Assembly: GCF_006345805.1 (NCBI RefSeq) | Contig: NC_043022.1 | Span: forward strand, 17,918,001 to 17,982,000 | DNA from: Octopus sinensis | Taxonomy: Eukaryota | DNA length: 64,000 nucleotides | Direction of reading: 5' to 3' | Part shown: one piece after another, positions 37,601 through 48,903 of the stretch | Numbering within the stretch: the first letter of the stretch is position 1 | How the letters are laid out: every line of letters starts with the position of its first letter | Made by a program: the position numbers and the translations under genes | The notes under the pieces: generated by a model | The model's database searches: none | The model's input: only the letters and a program-made list of their open reading frames with translations | What the model was told of the DNA's origin: nothing

Positions 37601-40600
37601 AGACCAAACCTGAGTTTTTTGGACAGGACTTGACTCCAGCTGCCCGGGGCAGCACAAAGATCAACAACCTTCTGAACACCTATAAAGAAAGAATATAATT
37701 TAAAGTTATTATAACGGAATATGAGAAAATATTGTATTGGTTGACATTTATCAAATATTTTTATACACACATCATATACATATAAATATATATATCATCA
37801 TCATCATCATCATCATCGTTTAACGTCCGCTTTCCATGCTAGCATGGGTTGGACGGTTCAACTGGGGTCTGGGAAGCCCGAAGGCTGCACCAGGCCAGTC
37901 AGATGTGGCAGTGTTTCTACAGCTGGATGCCCTTCCTAACGCCAACCACTCCGAGAGTGTGTAGTGGGTGATTTTATGTGCCACCGACACAGGTGCCAGA
38001 CGAGGCTGGCAGACGGCCACGCTCGGATGGTGTTTTTTTATGTGCCCCGACACAGGTGCCAGACGAGGCTGGCAGACGGCCACGCTCGGATGGTGTTTTT
38101 TTATGTGCCACCGACACAGGTGCCAGACGAGGCTGGCAGACGGCCACGCTCGGATGGTGTTTTTTTTATGTGCCACCGACACAGGTGCCAGACGAGGCTG
38201 GCAGACGGCCACGCTCGGATGGTGTTTTCTTATGTGTCACCGACACAGGTGCTAGACGAGGCTGGCGGACGGCCACGCTCGGATGGTGTTTGTTACGTGC
38301 TCTCAGCACGGAGGCCAGTCATTGCGGTACTGGCTACGGTCACGTTCGGATGGTTTTCTTATGTGCCACCGGCACTGGTACCACAAGGATACAAATTCCA
38401 TTGATGTTCATCTATTTTGATTTGGTTCGATTTGATTTGATACGATTCGATTCGATTCTCACTTGCCTCAACAGGTCTTCACAAGTGTCACAAGAAGGAA
38501 GGTATGCACAGGTGGACTGACTACGTCCCAGGTAGGGGCCATGGATTATGGCTTCACTAGTCTTGCCGGGTCTTCTCACGCACAGCATACTTCCATAGGT
38601 CTCGGTCTCTAGTCATTTCCATGGTGAGACCTAACGTCCGAAGGTCGTGCTTCACCACCTCGTCCCAGGTTTTCCTGGGTCTACCTCTTCCACGGGTTCC
38701 CTCAACTGCTAGGGATTGGCACTTTCTCACACACCTCTCTTCATCCATTCTCGCCACATGACCATACCAGCGCAATCGTCTCTCTTGCACACAACAACTG
38801 ATGCTTCTTAGGTACAACATTTCTCTCAAGGTACTAACGCTCTGTCGAGTAAGTACACTGACATTACACATCCATCGGAGCATACTGGCTTCGTTCCTCA
38901 CGAGCTTACGCATGTCCTCAGCAGTCACGGCCCATGTTTCACTGCCATGTAGCATAGCTGTTCGTACACATGCATCATACAGTCTGCCTTTTACTCTGAG
39001 CGAGAGGCCTTTAGTCACCAGCAGAGGTAAGAGCTCCCTAAACTTTGCCCAGGCTATTCTTATTCTAGCAGTTACACTTTCAGCGCACCCACCCCCACTA
39101 CTGACTTGGTCACCTAGATAGCGGAAACTATCAACTACTTCTAGTTTTTCCCCCCGGAAAGTGACAGAAGTTGTTTTCTGCAGATTTTCGGAGGTCAGTG
39201 CTCCAGAGCACCTGCCACATACAAAAACTATCTTCCCAGTTAGCCTACCTTTGACATTGCTGCACCTCTTATGTGTCCATAGCTTACACTGGGACATCTT
39301 ATAGAGTTTCTACCTACACCTTTTCTACAGATCGAACAGGGCCATCTTCCTGATGATATTTGTGGGTTTTCTACCTTTCTACTTATTAGTACTTTGGTTT
39401 TAGCTAGGTTGACTCTAAGGCCCCTCGATTCTAAACCCTCCTTCCACACCTGGAACTTCTCCTCCAGTTCTGATAGTGACTCAGCGATTAGAGCGAGGTC
39501 GTCAGCATAGAGGAGCTCCCAGGGGCAACCGGTCTTGAATTCCTCCGTTATTGCCTGGAGGACTATGATAAATAGGAGGGGGCTGAGTACTGAACCCTGG
39601 TGGACCCCAACCTCTACTTTGAATTCTTCTGTGTACATGTTGCCAACTCTAACCTTACTTACGGCATCTCTGTACATGGCTTGCACAGCCCTCACCAGCC
39701 ATTCATCTATCCCTAGTTTCCTCATTGACCACCAGATGAGGGATCGGGGGACCCTATCAAAGGCTTTCTCCATGTCAACAAAAGCCAGGTACAGGGGCTT
39801 ATCCTTGGCTAGGTATTTCTCCTGCAGCTGCCTTACCAGGAATATAGCATCAGTGGTGCTTTTCCTGGGACAAACCCAAACTGCATCTCATCTAAACTAA
39901 CTCTCTCTCTAATTAGTTGGGCTAAGACCCTCTCCGTAACCTTCATTACCTGATCCAACAGCTTGATACCTCTGTAATTATTTGTATCCAGGGCATCACC
40001 TTTACCTTTGTAGCAGTTGACTAGTATGCTGCTACACCAGTCATTGGGTATGACTCCTTCGTGTATCACCTGGTTGACTATACGGGTGACTAGGTTATAG
40101 CCGACACTGCCAGATATTTTGAGCATCTCTGCAGTAATTCCTGATGGGCCTGGGGCTTTCCCTGTCTTCATGCTCCTAACTGCCTTAGCTACTACGGAAC
40201 TATCAACTCGGATAGCTGGTCCCTCTGTTGGGTCAACATTTGGCAGACTCTCTTTATCCCATTCATTTTCTTTATTCAGCAAACTTTCATAGTGGCATCT
40301 CCAAACCTCTCTCTTTGCATCCTCATTTAGCGCAAGTGAACCATCATCCATGCGAACACACTTCTCTCCTACCACATCACGATTCTCTCTCACACACTGT
40401 CTTGCAACACGAAATACCTCAAGTCTTTCATCCTCACGGCTCAGAACATTGGCAAATTTTTTCTTATCCGCTTCCCCTCTGGCTATATAACCTGTCTCCT
40501 AGCTTCCCTTTTGGCTGTCTGATACAATTCCCTGCTACCACCGTTCTTCCAGTCCTTCCAAGCCTGTCTCTTTTGTCTAATAGCCCCGTCAACCACCGTG

Positions 40601-41822
40601 TTCCACCACCATGTTACTCTGGGTCGAGATGGTACTTTGCTCCATCCACAGATCTGGTCAGTGGCTGTCAGCAGATTGTCCCGTAGGAATCTCCAGTTGT
40701 CTTCCACATTAAGTGAAGCTATATCCCCTTCTATTTCGTCAGAGGCTTCGAGTAGTATGTCTCTAAATCTCTGTGCATTTGCAGGATCTTTAAGCTTCCA
40801 GACCCTTCTCCTCCAAGCTGGTCTTCTTCTGGGCGACCATTTAGCTCTGATCCTGAAGTTGCTAACTACTAATCTATGTTGGGGAGTACATTCTTCGCCT
40901 GGGAAGGTTTTGGCATTTATAATCAGCCCTCTTTCCCTTTTTCTGGCAAGGATGTAGTCAATCTGGCTGGTGTGTCTGCCAGAACGGTAGGTGACTAGGT
41001 GAGAGGTGGGTTTCCTGAAGTGGGTATTGCAGACCATAAGGTCATTTGCATCGCAGAACTCCAGCAGCCTAGTTCCCTCCTCATTTCGAGAGCCAAAACC
41101 GTGGCCTCCATGGATGCCATGGAAGCCCCTGACATGTCGTCCAACATGTCCATTGAAATCACCTGCCACGAAGAGAAGGTCACTGTCATTTGTCAATGAG
41201 GTAGTCCGCAATAGGGTGTCATAGAATTGGTCTTTTTGTCCTTCCGGTAGCCCTGGTTGAGGGGCATATGCCGAGATGATGGTAGCTGTCCTATGGTGAA
41301 GAACTAATCTAATTTTAATTACTCTGTCACTTATTCTGACTACCTCGATTACCTTACCTATCCATTTCTCCGCGAGAAGTATACCCACGCCCCCGACATA
41401 CACATAAATTTACACATACACAAATCTTATCCATTTATATGCATATCATATACATACATACACCATATATATACACACATCTGGCCATCTAAGTCCCTAG
41501 ATTGCAACCCCCTTGATTATTATGTGTAGGGTGCAGTTGAGTGAGAGACCAACAAAACTCCTTATAACACCAAGGATGAAGGCAAGGATTATGGCAGCAT
41601 TCACCAACTTAAACAAGGAGACTGTCCAGAAGAGTTGCAGGAGATTCCAAAGTTGTCTGGAGGCCATGGTCGAGGCCAATGGTGATTTTATTGAATAAAT
41701 TTACTCTTTAGTATTTCAAGATATTTTTATGTAATTTTGGTAAATATATCTGTTAAAATGAGATGTCAGTGTTATTTTCATTTTTGCGTAATTTAGACAA
41801 TATATTCACAGCACCCTGTGTG

Positions 41823-41865
<43 letters not shown>

Positions 41866-42991
41866 GTCATCCACACCGTCTTATCGTTTAATGTTCGCAT
41901 TCCATGCTGGCATGGGTTGGACGGTTTGACTGAGGACTGGCGAGCCAGGAGGCTGCACCAGGCTCCAATCTGATCTGGCAAAGTTTCTACAGCTGGATGC
42001 CCTTCTTAATGCCAACCATTCCGAGAGTGTTGTGGGTGCTTTTACGAGGGCCAGTCAGTTGGTTCTGGCAACGACCAAGCTCAAATGTTGTATTTTCACA
42101 TGCCACTGGCACATGTGCCAGTAAGGTGACGCTGGCAATGATCACACTCGAATGCTGCTTTTTATGTGCCACCGGCATGGGGGGGGGGCAATCAGCGGGC
42201 CCTGACAACAATCATGCTCAGATGTGCTTTTAACATCCCACTGGCACAAGTGCCAATCAGGCGGCACTGTTATTGGCCACGTCAGCTATTTTGATTTTGT
42301 ATATATATATATATATCTGTATATATAGGTGCAGGTGTGATTGTGTGGTAAGAAGTTTGCTTTCCAACTCCATGGTTTCAGGTTCAGTCCCACTGCATGG
42401 TACCTAGGGCAAATGTTTTCTACAACAGCCTCAGGCTGGCCAAAGCCTTGTCAGTGGATTTGGTATATGGAAACTGAAAGAAGTCTGTCTATATTTGTGT
42501 GTCTTTGTGTCAGTGTTTGTCCACCACCACTACTTGACAACTGGTGTTGGTGTGTTTACATCCCCACAACTTGTCAGTTTGACAAAAGGGACCAAAAGAA
42601 TAAGTACCAGGCTTTAAAAAAACTCCTAGTGCCAATCCATTCAACCAAATGTCCCAGCATGACTGCAGTCTAATGACTGAAACAAGTAAAAGATAGAAGA
42701 CACATATACCATCATCATCATTTAAAATGTTTCTCTGTTGTTTGCTGTTACTTTAAATGTGGGTCAAAATGTTGGCTGGGCCCATTTACTCCCTGAAACA
42801 AAAGCAGTAAATTGAGTTGTCTTCGCACAAGACTGTCCTCTCATCCTAAGATATGAAACAGGGCACTTACCATCAAAGATCTTGAAGTCATCATTGATCT
42901 GGAGTAATTTGAAAGCACTGCGAGCCCGCCAACCTTCCTCTTTTGCTAAACGGTAATAAACATCTCGCTTGTCTTTTGATGAACGTCCCAT
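26462..42991 (-). CDS. FTSJ1: tRNA (cytidine32/guanosine34-2'-O)-methyltransferase FTSJ1/TRM7; 10 coding exons, 323 aa
   Basis: Exons (minus): 42991-42871, 37679-37610, 36215-36110, 35362-35284, 34071-34019, 33141-33088, 31633-31531, 29164-29081, 27562-27459, 26659-26462. Sizes 121/70/106/79/53/54/103/84/104/198 = 972 nt, in frame, all introns GT..AG. The translation has the Trm7/FtsJ motifs [81 protein letters not shown]. Confidence 0.97.
27459..27562 (-). CDS. FTSJ1: FTSJ1 coding exon 9 (104 nt)
   Basis: TTGCAG|(D)[34 protein letters not shown]|GTAAGT. Confidence 0.96.
29081..29164 (-). CDS. FTSJ1: FTSJ1 coding exon 8 (84 nt)
   Basis: TTTGCAG|(E)[27 protein letters not shown]|GTAAGT. Confidence 0.96.
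29299..29336 (-). ncRNA. Minimal hammerhead variant (CUGUUGA core) in FTSJ1 intron 7
   Basis: TCTTT-CTGTTGA-A-GAGC-GTAG-GCTC-GAA-ACGT-A-AAAGA. Confidence 0.6.
29945..30203 (-). mobile_element. CR1/L2-like LINE 3' end
   Basis: Minus-strand [28 protein letters not shown] (RVxxxWNxLP RT C-terminal motif), then a 3'UTR and a short ATT-type tail. Confidence 0.6.
31531..31633 (-). CDS. FTSJ1: FTSJ1 coding exon 7 (103 nt)
   Basis: CTTCAG|[34 protein letters not shown]|GTAGGT. Confidence 0.96.
32000..32810 (-). mobile_element. Cluster of SINE family B copies and fragments
   Basis: Repeated GGATGAAAGGCAAAGTTGACCT...GGAATTTGAACTCAGAA...AAGCATTT...TCTGCCAG blocks with (GAT/AAT)n tails. Same family near 22100-22575, 25765-26140, 29445-29640, 37155-37350 and 53830-53975. 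Confidence 0.85.
33088..33141 (-). CDS. FTSJ1: FTSJ1 coding exon 6 (54 nt)
   Basis: TTTCAG|[18 protein letters not shown]|GTGAGT. Confidence 0.96.
34019..34071 (-). CDS. FTSJ1: FTSJ1 coding exon 5 (53 nt)
   Basis: CCTTTCAG|(V)[17 protein letters not shown]|GTATGT; found by hand. Confidence 0.96.
35284..35362 (-). CDS. FTSJ1: FTSJ1 coding exon 4 (79 nt)
   Basis: TTTGCCAG|[26 protein letters not shown]|GTAAAT; found by hand, not in the ORF track. Confidence 0.96.
36110..36215 (-). CDS. FTSJ1: FTSJ1 coding exon 3 (106 nt)
   Basis: [35 protein letters not shown]|GTAAGA. The acceptor CTAAAAG is inferred from frame continuity. Confidence 0.92.
37610..37679 (-). CDS. FTSJ1: FTSJ1 coding exon 2 (70 nt)
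   Basis: TTTATAG|[23 protein letters not shown]|GTTTGG; SAM-binding motif I. Confidence 0.96.
37794..41403 (-). mobile_element. RTE-clade LINE, 5'-truncated, young, in FTSJ1 coding intron 1 in the same orientation as the gene
   Basis: ORF pieces 41403-40483 (APE: [26 protein letters not shown]), 40393-39833, 39773-39240 (RT: [20 protein letters not shown]) and 39297-38557 (RTE C-terminus: [23 protein letters not shown]). A 3'UTR of about 750 nt ends in a (GAT)n tail. Confidence 0.95.
37964..38290 (-). repeat. About 61-bp tandem repeat (about 5 units) inside the RTE 3'UTR
   Basis: Unit on +: TTATGTGCCACCGACACAGGTGCCAGACGAGGCTGGCAGACGGCCACGCTCGGATGGTGTTTTT, nearly identical copies. Confidence 0.93.
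41482..41820 (+). mobile_element. Tc1/mariner-superfamily transposase 3' relic with probable right terminus
   Basis: [16 protein letters not shown]...[20 protein letters not shown] (WPxxSPDLNPxD motif), followed by a short 3' region ending CAGCACCCTGTG. Confidence 0.75.
42871..42991 (-). CDS. FTSJ1: FTSJ1 coding exon 1 (121 nt coding; exon probably starts at 43015)
   Basis: [40 protein letters not shown], donor G|GTAAGT. An upstream TTTTTCTTAG| acceptor before 43015 implies a further 5'UTR exon. Confidence 0.97.
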
Positions 42992-44219
42992 CCTTCAACA
43001 GATGATAGTTGTGTCCTAAGAAAAGATATACAGTAAGATAACTTGGAATTTGGGAACGCTGCAAAAGACATGATGACATATTCTTTAAAGTAGTTGCAAT
43101 CATTAAACTGGAGAGCTATGCTGGAGCAGTGACTTGTGAAGTTCTGTACTTCCCCACCCGGTACTTGGCAATTTATTTTATTGAGTGGCCAAAGATAACA
43201 TGGCTGCTTGTAACAGAACAAAAGTACATAAAACAAAGTACTTTTGTATATGTATGTATATACATGTGAGTGTGTGTGTGTAAGATGATCATCATCCTTT
43301 AATGTCTGCTTTCCATGCTGGCATGGGTTGGACAGTTTGACAGGAGCTGGCTAGCCAAACAGCTGTCCAGATTCCAACTGTCTGTTTTGGCATGGTTTCT
43401 ATAGTTGAATGCCCTTCCTAATGCCAACCACTTTTCAGAGTGTACTGGGTGCTTTATACATGGCAACAGGATGATGTTCTTAATATTGTATTTGAACATC
43501 TCTGTTCTGTTAACACAACAGATTGCCTTTGCACTGCTTTACAATGTCTCTCGTTAATCAAACCCCAAAGTATTGTTGGCAGGTTTTGCTTTCTTTTTTC
43601 GAATAAACGAAGTTGAACTGGAAAGAGGAAATGCAAAGTTTGCATTGGTGTTTAACTCCAAGTCAATGCTGATCAGACTTATGATCAAAAGCGTTCTAAC
43701 CATGACCAAAGCCTTTTACTACAGAAACCAGATATATTCACTCAAAATTGTATTACCTTTAATTGCAAAAAAAGAGTTTTATATACCAATTTATCCTTTG
43801 TTAAAGAATGTCATTTTTGAAATTATATTTTTGTAGACATACATAAAATTTATTGAGGCAACACAATTTGCAGAAAATATCAATTCTATTTTTTGGTTGA
43901 TATTTAATCTCCTTACTTAATTAACTCTAAAATTTAATTTCATAGTTAAAGAGTTAATATACCAAGGACATTTTTCAAGCATTTCATGTGACTTAGCTGG
44001 TATTTCTAGCAGATCGAATGGCTCCCTCGCTGTGGTATTCATTAGTGACGGTAGTAGAGTGAAGTAACTTCAACTGGAACTGCGAGATGTCTCTTCACCA
44101 AATATTTCAGACACGCACTTTACACCTGGCAGGGGCAACATTATTCGAAAAGGGGTCCGCATGAGACGTGGCTCATCATCAAACTGGCTGCACTCCAAAA
44201 AACTATTCAAGGTAATTTT

Positions 44220-45400
44220 TCGTTGGTGGGCCATTCCGAAAGTCCCGTGGTTCGCCCTTTGTCCATGGTTGCTTTAAACATAGAATTGAGTTCAATGGAG
44301 TCGTTGCTATTTAATAGAATCAGATCAGTCATCAATACCATAAATCGAATTCTGATCTATTGTAGTTACCATTCTGTTGTTCTAATTTTAAGCAAAATTT
44401 TTGTATAATCTCCTTCTTTGCTTCTTTGTTTTGTTGAAATCGAGATGGAAGATAAATAAAAATGACAGGAATTTGTAGAAGAGGGAAATGAGCGCGGAAA
44501 ATGGTAATACGAGTTCTGGAAACTTGAACGACAGGTGTAAAGTGTTGCAGAGTAAAGTTAATAGGTGCGAGTCTCTCCGGAGTCATCGAACCCCATGGAT
44601 TATAAGTTAAGGATCAAAAACAGCAAAGGCCAGAACAATCACAAGAGAGATAAATAACAATTCTTACGATAGGTTTTACGGGTTAGAGTTGGTGACACTC
44701 AGAACGTTGAAAGTAAAAAAACCGATGGCATGGTCATGGTTTGAAATTTACAGTTGCATTGAAATATCTTGACTCGTGTGTAAAACAAACAGTGAAGCAG
44801 TCAAATATTTGTTTTCAAATATGTTTCGGACCGTATAAGTGTATTTTATGAGGACAGACTCAGCGTTAACCATCAATTATAGAAACCCGTCCAATATATC
44901 TCATAAAAGCTGTCTTTGTCTGCTGATCACTTAAACACCCGTAAATACAACAAATGCCATATTTCATTTTATATATAACCTCATATATTCACATACACGA
45001 AATGTTATTAAATATTTGAATTAATTTACTTTAATTAATCACTTCTGATTGATTGGAGCTGGATTTCGTTAATTGATAATTTCGTCAGTGATAAAGGAAT
45101 AAAATAACAAAGGACTATGAAAAATACAATTATATAAAGGTCAAGCATAACCTTTCAGATAGAAACTAACCGAATTAAATAAAAACAATTATTTCTGTTA
45201 ATTAAACAAATACAAATTAATTAAAGAGAAACATACCTTGAGGTCTTTCATAGATATGGGCGGTGAAGTATAAGAAATAGTCCCTCCTGAAAATATTACA
45301 AGTGAAAGTAACGGCGTCACACTGCAACGCAATGGGAAATGCTGAAAACTGATGTCAAAGATGTTTTTTTGTTTGTTTGTTTGACATTGGGGGAAGGCCC
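44220..45400 (-). promoter_or_regulatory. Candidate FTSJ1 promoter / 5'UTR exon region
   Basis: CpGs are visibly retained. Candidate minus-strand donors ATG|GTAACT (about 44366) and CAAG|GTATGT (45236) lie upstream of the 43015 acceptor. The TSS cannot be determined from sequence. Confidence 0.3.
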
Positions 45401-46410
45401 ATGATGTATATTTTTCTAGACTTTTAAGTGTGTTTAAGTGTAATTATCTCATGGAAGAATTAGGCAATGAAAATTAGGGAACTTAACCCTGATCATTTGT
45501 AGGTAAAATATTTATTCTTAATTCAACACCCCAGTATGATGTTTGTTGCTGGGCGAGCTGAGGAGATTATCAAAGCCTTGTATATCAGCTAAATCTTTCA
45601 GTTACCTTATCTTCCACTGGTCTTGTCTAGTTGTTCCACAAAGGTCAGTAACTTCCTTTTCTTCCTCTACAAATGAACAAAGGATTGACCATGCCTGGTT
45701 TCTCTGTCTTCCCATGTATTATGGTTTTATGATGTTCCTCTAGTTTTACTTTCAGGTGACGACTGAGTTGTTCACCTTATATCTATTGCCACATCTACAT
45801 AGAATGAAATACAAAACAGTTCTTGGCAAATGATTTCCTCTGATGGCCCATGATGGTTATTTCATTTCATAATAGCTACCTCTGATGAGTGCAGGGTTAC
45901 ATAATCAGACTGTAACCCAACACTCTATTGAACCCCTAATGTGAAACTGACCAGTTAGATTGGCCGTAATGGATATATAATACTGTACACTTTGATATAT
46001 ATATATATTGAGCCCCGTGTTAGTAGGGTGCTAAGAGCACCATTCGAGCGTGATCATTACCAGAGCAGCTAACTGGCTTTCGAGCTGGTAGCACATAAAA
46101 GGCACCATTCGAGCATGATCATTACCAACATCGCCTTACTGGCACCTCTGCTGGTGGCATGCGTAAAAAGATTCGAGTGAGGTCGTTGCCAGTACCACTT
46201 GACTGGCCCCCATGCCGGTGGCACATAAGAGCACCCACTACACTCTCGGAGTGGTTGGCATTAGGAAGGACATCCAGCTGTAGAAACTCTGCCAGATCAA
46301 GATTGGAGCCTGGTGCAGCCATCTGGTTCGCCAGCCCTCAGTCAAATCATCCAAGCCATGCTAGCATTGAAAGCAGATGTTAAACAATGAAGATGATGAT
46401 GATGATGATG

Positions 46411-46442
<32 letters not shown>

Positions 46443-47051
46443 ATATATTGTCTTTGTTTCATATATCCTAAAAAGAAGTGCACTCTAACACATAGAGGCA
46501 TCCATGTGGCTCAGCCCTTTATGGATGCAAAACCATTGCTCACTCTATGAGCAGACATAGACTTGACTGTATATAAATATACATAAATATACACATACAA
46601 GCATACATACATACAAGCATACATACATACATACTTACATTCATTGATGGGGCAAGTGCACACTGAACTCGCATTCGTCGATGACCTTCTGCAATCCCTG
46701 GATTGCTGGCAGAGAGACTAAAAGTCCTGAATGTCAGTTTCCATACCTTTGCTATTTAATAAATTTAATCCTCTCTTCCCTCATTCTTTTGTCATCTCAT
46801 GGGGTTTGTCTGCATATATAAAGAGCACTCAGTACACTCCGTAAAGTGGCTGGCATTAGGAAGGGCATCGAGCCATAGAGGCCAGGCTACAGCCACCGGT
46901 CACTACAGTACTGTGGATCATTTCATATGGGGTTGCACAGAAAGAATAAATTTTTCTACAGTGTTTTTGCATGACATATATACTCCATATATATGTAATG
47001 TATGGAGTACATATAGAACATCCTTTTCTAAGGATATTCCTTAATTCCCCC

Positions 47052-47146
47052 CTCTCTGAAGATGGAATAGTTGTTTTTTTAATGAAAATCTTTACTCAAT
47101 GACCCATGCACCATATGTACAACTATTCTAGAAACAGCTGTAAGAG
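47052..47146 (+). ncRNA. Type I hammerhead ribozyme motif with intact core (Penelope/retrozyme type)
   Basis: Stem I CTCT/AGAG; CTGAAGA; stem II TGGAATAGTTGT/ACAACTATTCTA (12 bp); GAA; palindromic stem III ACAGCTGT; GUA cleavage triplet. Confidence 0.75.
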
Positions 47147-47877
47147 ACTTTCCACTTCATCTCTTCATCCCTTATTTACTCTGACAACTCTGTGTTTGAT
47201 TAGTAAATTACATGCTTGAAAGTGACATGTTTTGCTCATTCATTCAGTCTTTCTTTCTCATATATATATACATATATATGTATAATAAATGTAATATTCA
47301 AACTGTATATTTTGTAATTTATTGTATTTTGTTATGCATGTATTCCCCCAGTCCATGGAAACATTAACTTCTATGAAACTGATTTGTGCTGAAAAAAAAA
47401 AAAAAAAAAAAACTTTGGGGTTTCTCGTCTATAGTTCAGTACTTCCCAAAATTTTGTTAGTCCTGCATCCCTTTAATGACAAGTTAAATCAGCCAACCCA
47501 GTCACCTTCTCTACCCCCTCCTTAAAACTTCTGTAAGGAACTTCAAAGATTGGTAATGCTTCTTATTTAAATATGTTTCTTATATATTCTCAGCATTCTG
47601 TGAAAATGGACTTTAGCACCCCAAGATCTTTAACATTGGTCTAATAGATGACCAAGCAGCACATTCCACCATGCAGTCATTTTACTGTAGAGAAAGAGGT
47701 GTAATTCTGTGACAGTTTGGCCAAGTTCGAGTTCCTCTCCACTGACCTCAAAACCAATCAATATATGACCATTCTACTTTTTCTGTTTTCTTCATTTACT
47801 GGACATCAATGTCCAATATGTCTTTCATTTGAGGGATATTTGGCTGCTATTTCTAGCTGGCTGAATGACTACAGAGA

Positions 47878-48903
47878 TTGGTGGTTCTCAACCTTTTTAA
47901 TACCCAGGCTAGATCCAAAACCTGGATCTTTTTTAGGGGGCTGCACCAAAGAAAGTAAAACACAAGTCAATTAAAGTAATTATATTTCTAGAGGGAAGGC
48001 TTGGGGGCCGCATGAGGCCCTGGGAGCCGCAGGACATAGATGCTCCAGCATTTGCTTGTTGGTTTTGATGGTGGAAATAGAAAAGATGGAATTGGTCAAA
48101 GAACAACTGTTGTTGTTTCTAAGTGAAGAACTGTGCCACAGCAGCCATTGTGTGCATGTGTGGGGCCCAGAAACGATATCTAACAAGGTATGTCTATGGA
48201 TGTAGGAACCTAATCCAATTGGAATATAATAAGAAAAGAAAAGAAATTCGTGGGTGTGTATACAAGGGAATGCTGAAAAGTCCCTGGCTAAAAGGGTGTC
48301 GTGAACGTCTTGGTCGGAGGCTCAACTTTCTGAGTTTTTTACAGGGCTTAGAAAAATATTAAGGACCGCTGCATTAAGTATGGGAATCTGAGAGGGGAAC
48401 ATATTGAATAACATTTTCTTTTACCCAAAGCCAGGACCTTTCAGCCTCCACTCCCATCGTCGTACATATATACTGACAGAGTCCCAATATAATCGTAAGC
48501 TACACCATCTGAAAGGTATTCGTCGAAAAGCTGCATTTCTGAAAGTTATGAGGGAAGAAATTCGATGGGGTGTGGCACACTTGTATTGATATGTTATCCG
48601 GCGTGTCAAAGGAGATCCAAATATTGCTTGACATAATTTGTGCAGCTAGTGCCAAACATTCGATTGATGTTCCAACTGTGACCATCTCATATGTTAGCAG
48701 TGATTCTCAAGCATATTTTGCCTCTGAAGCCCTCCCACTCACCCAGGTTCCTGTTTTACTTGGATGGGCCCTCATAGCCATTCAAGGATTATAATACCTA
48801 CTATAATTTTATAATTAAATATTATTAGTAATCGCCTAACTTGAAATATTTTGTGTATTTTAGAATATAACCAATTTATGTGGACCCTAGTTGAGAACCA
48901 CTG
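47878..48903. mobile_element. Possible hAT-type non-autonomous element with the mariner MITE nested inside
   Basis: GTGGTTCTCAACC at about 47881 and AGTTGAGAACCACTG at 48889-48903. The pairing of the two ends is inferred. Confidence 0.4.
48261..48464 (+). mobile_element. Short mariner-derived MITE/relic
   Basis: TACAAGGGAATGCTGAAAAGTCCCTGGCT on the left and AGCCAGGACCTTTCAGC...CGTA on the right. The interior resembles a mariner stop region (RCIKYGNLRGEHIE*). Confidence 0.6.

Noticed and set aside
37820-41224. ORFs in the RTE 3'UTR repeat and plus-strand ORFs antisense to the RTE coding region
   Set aside because: By-products of tandem repeats and of the antisense strand of a coding element.
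45040-45092. CTGACGA...GAAA on the minus strand
   Set aside because: Stem II does not close next to GAAA, and no stem III or stem I partner exists.
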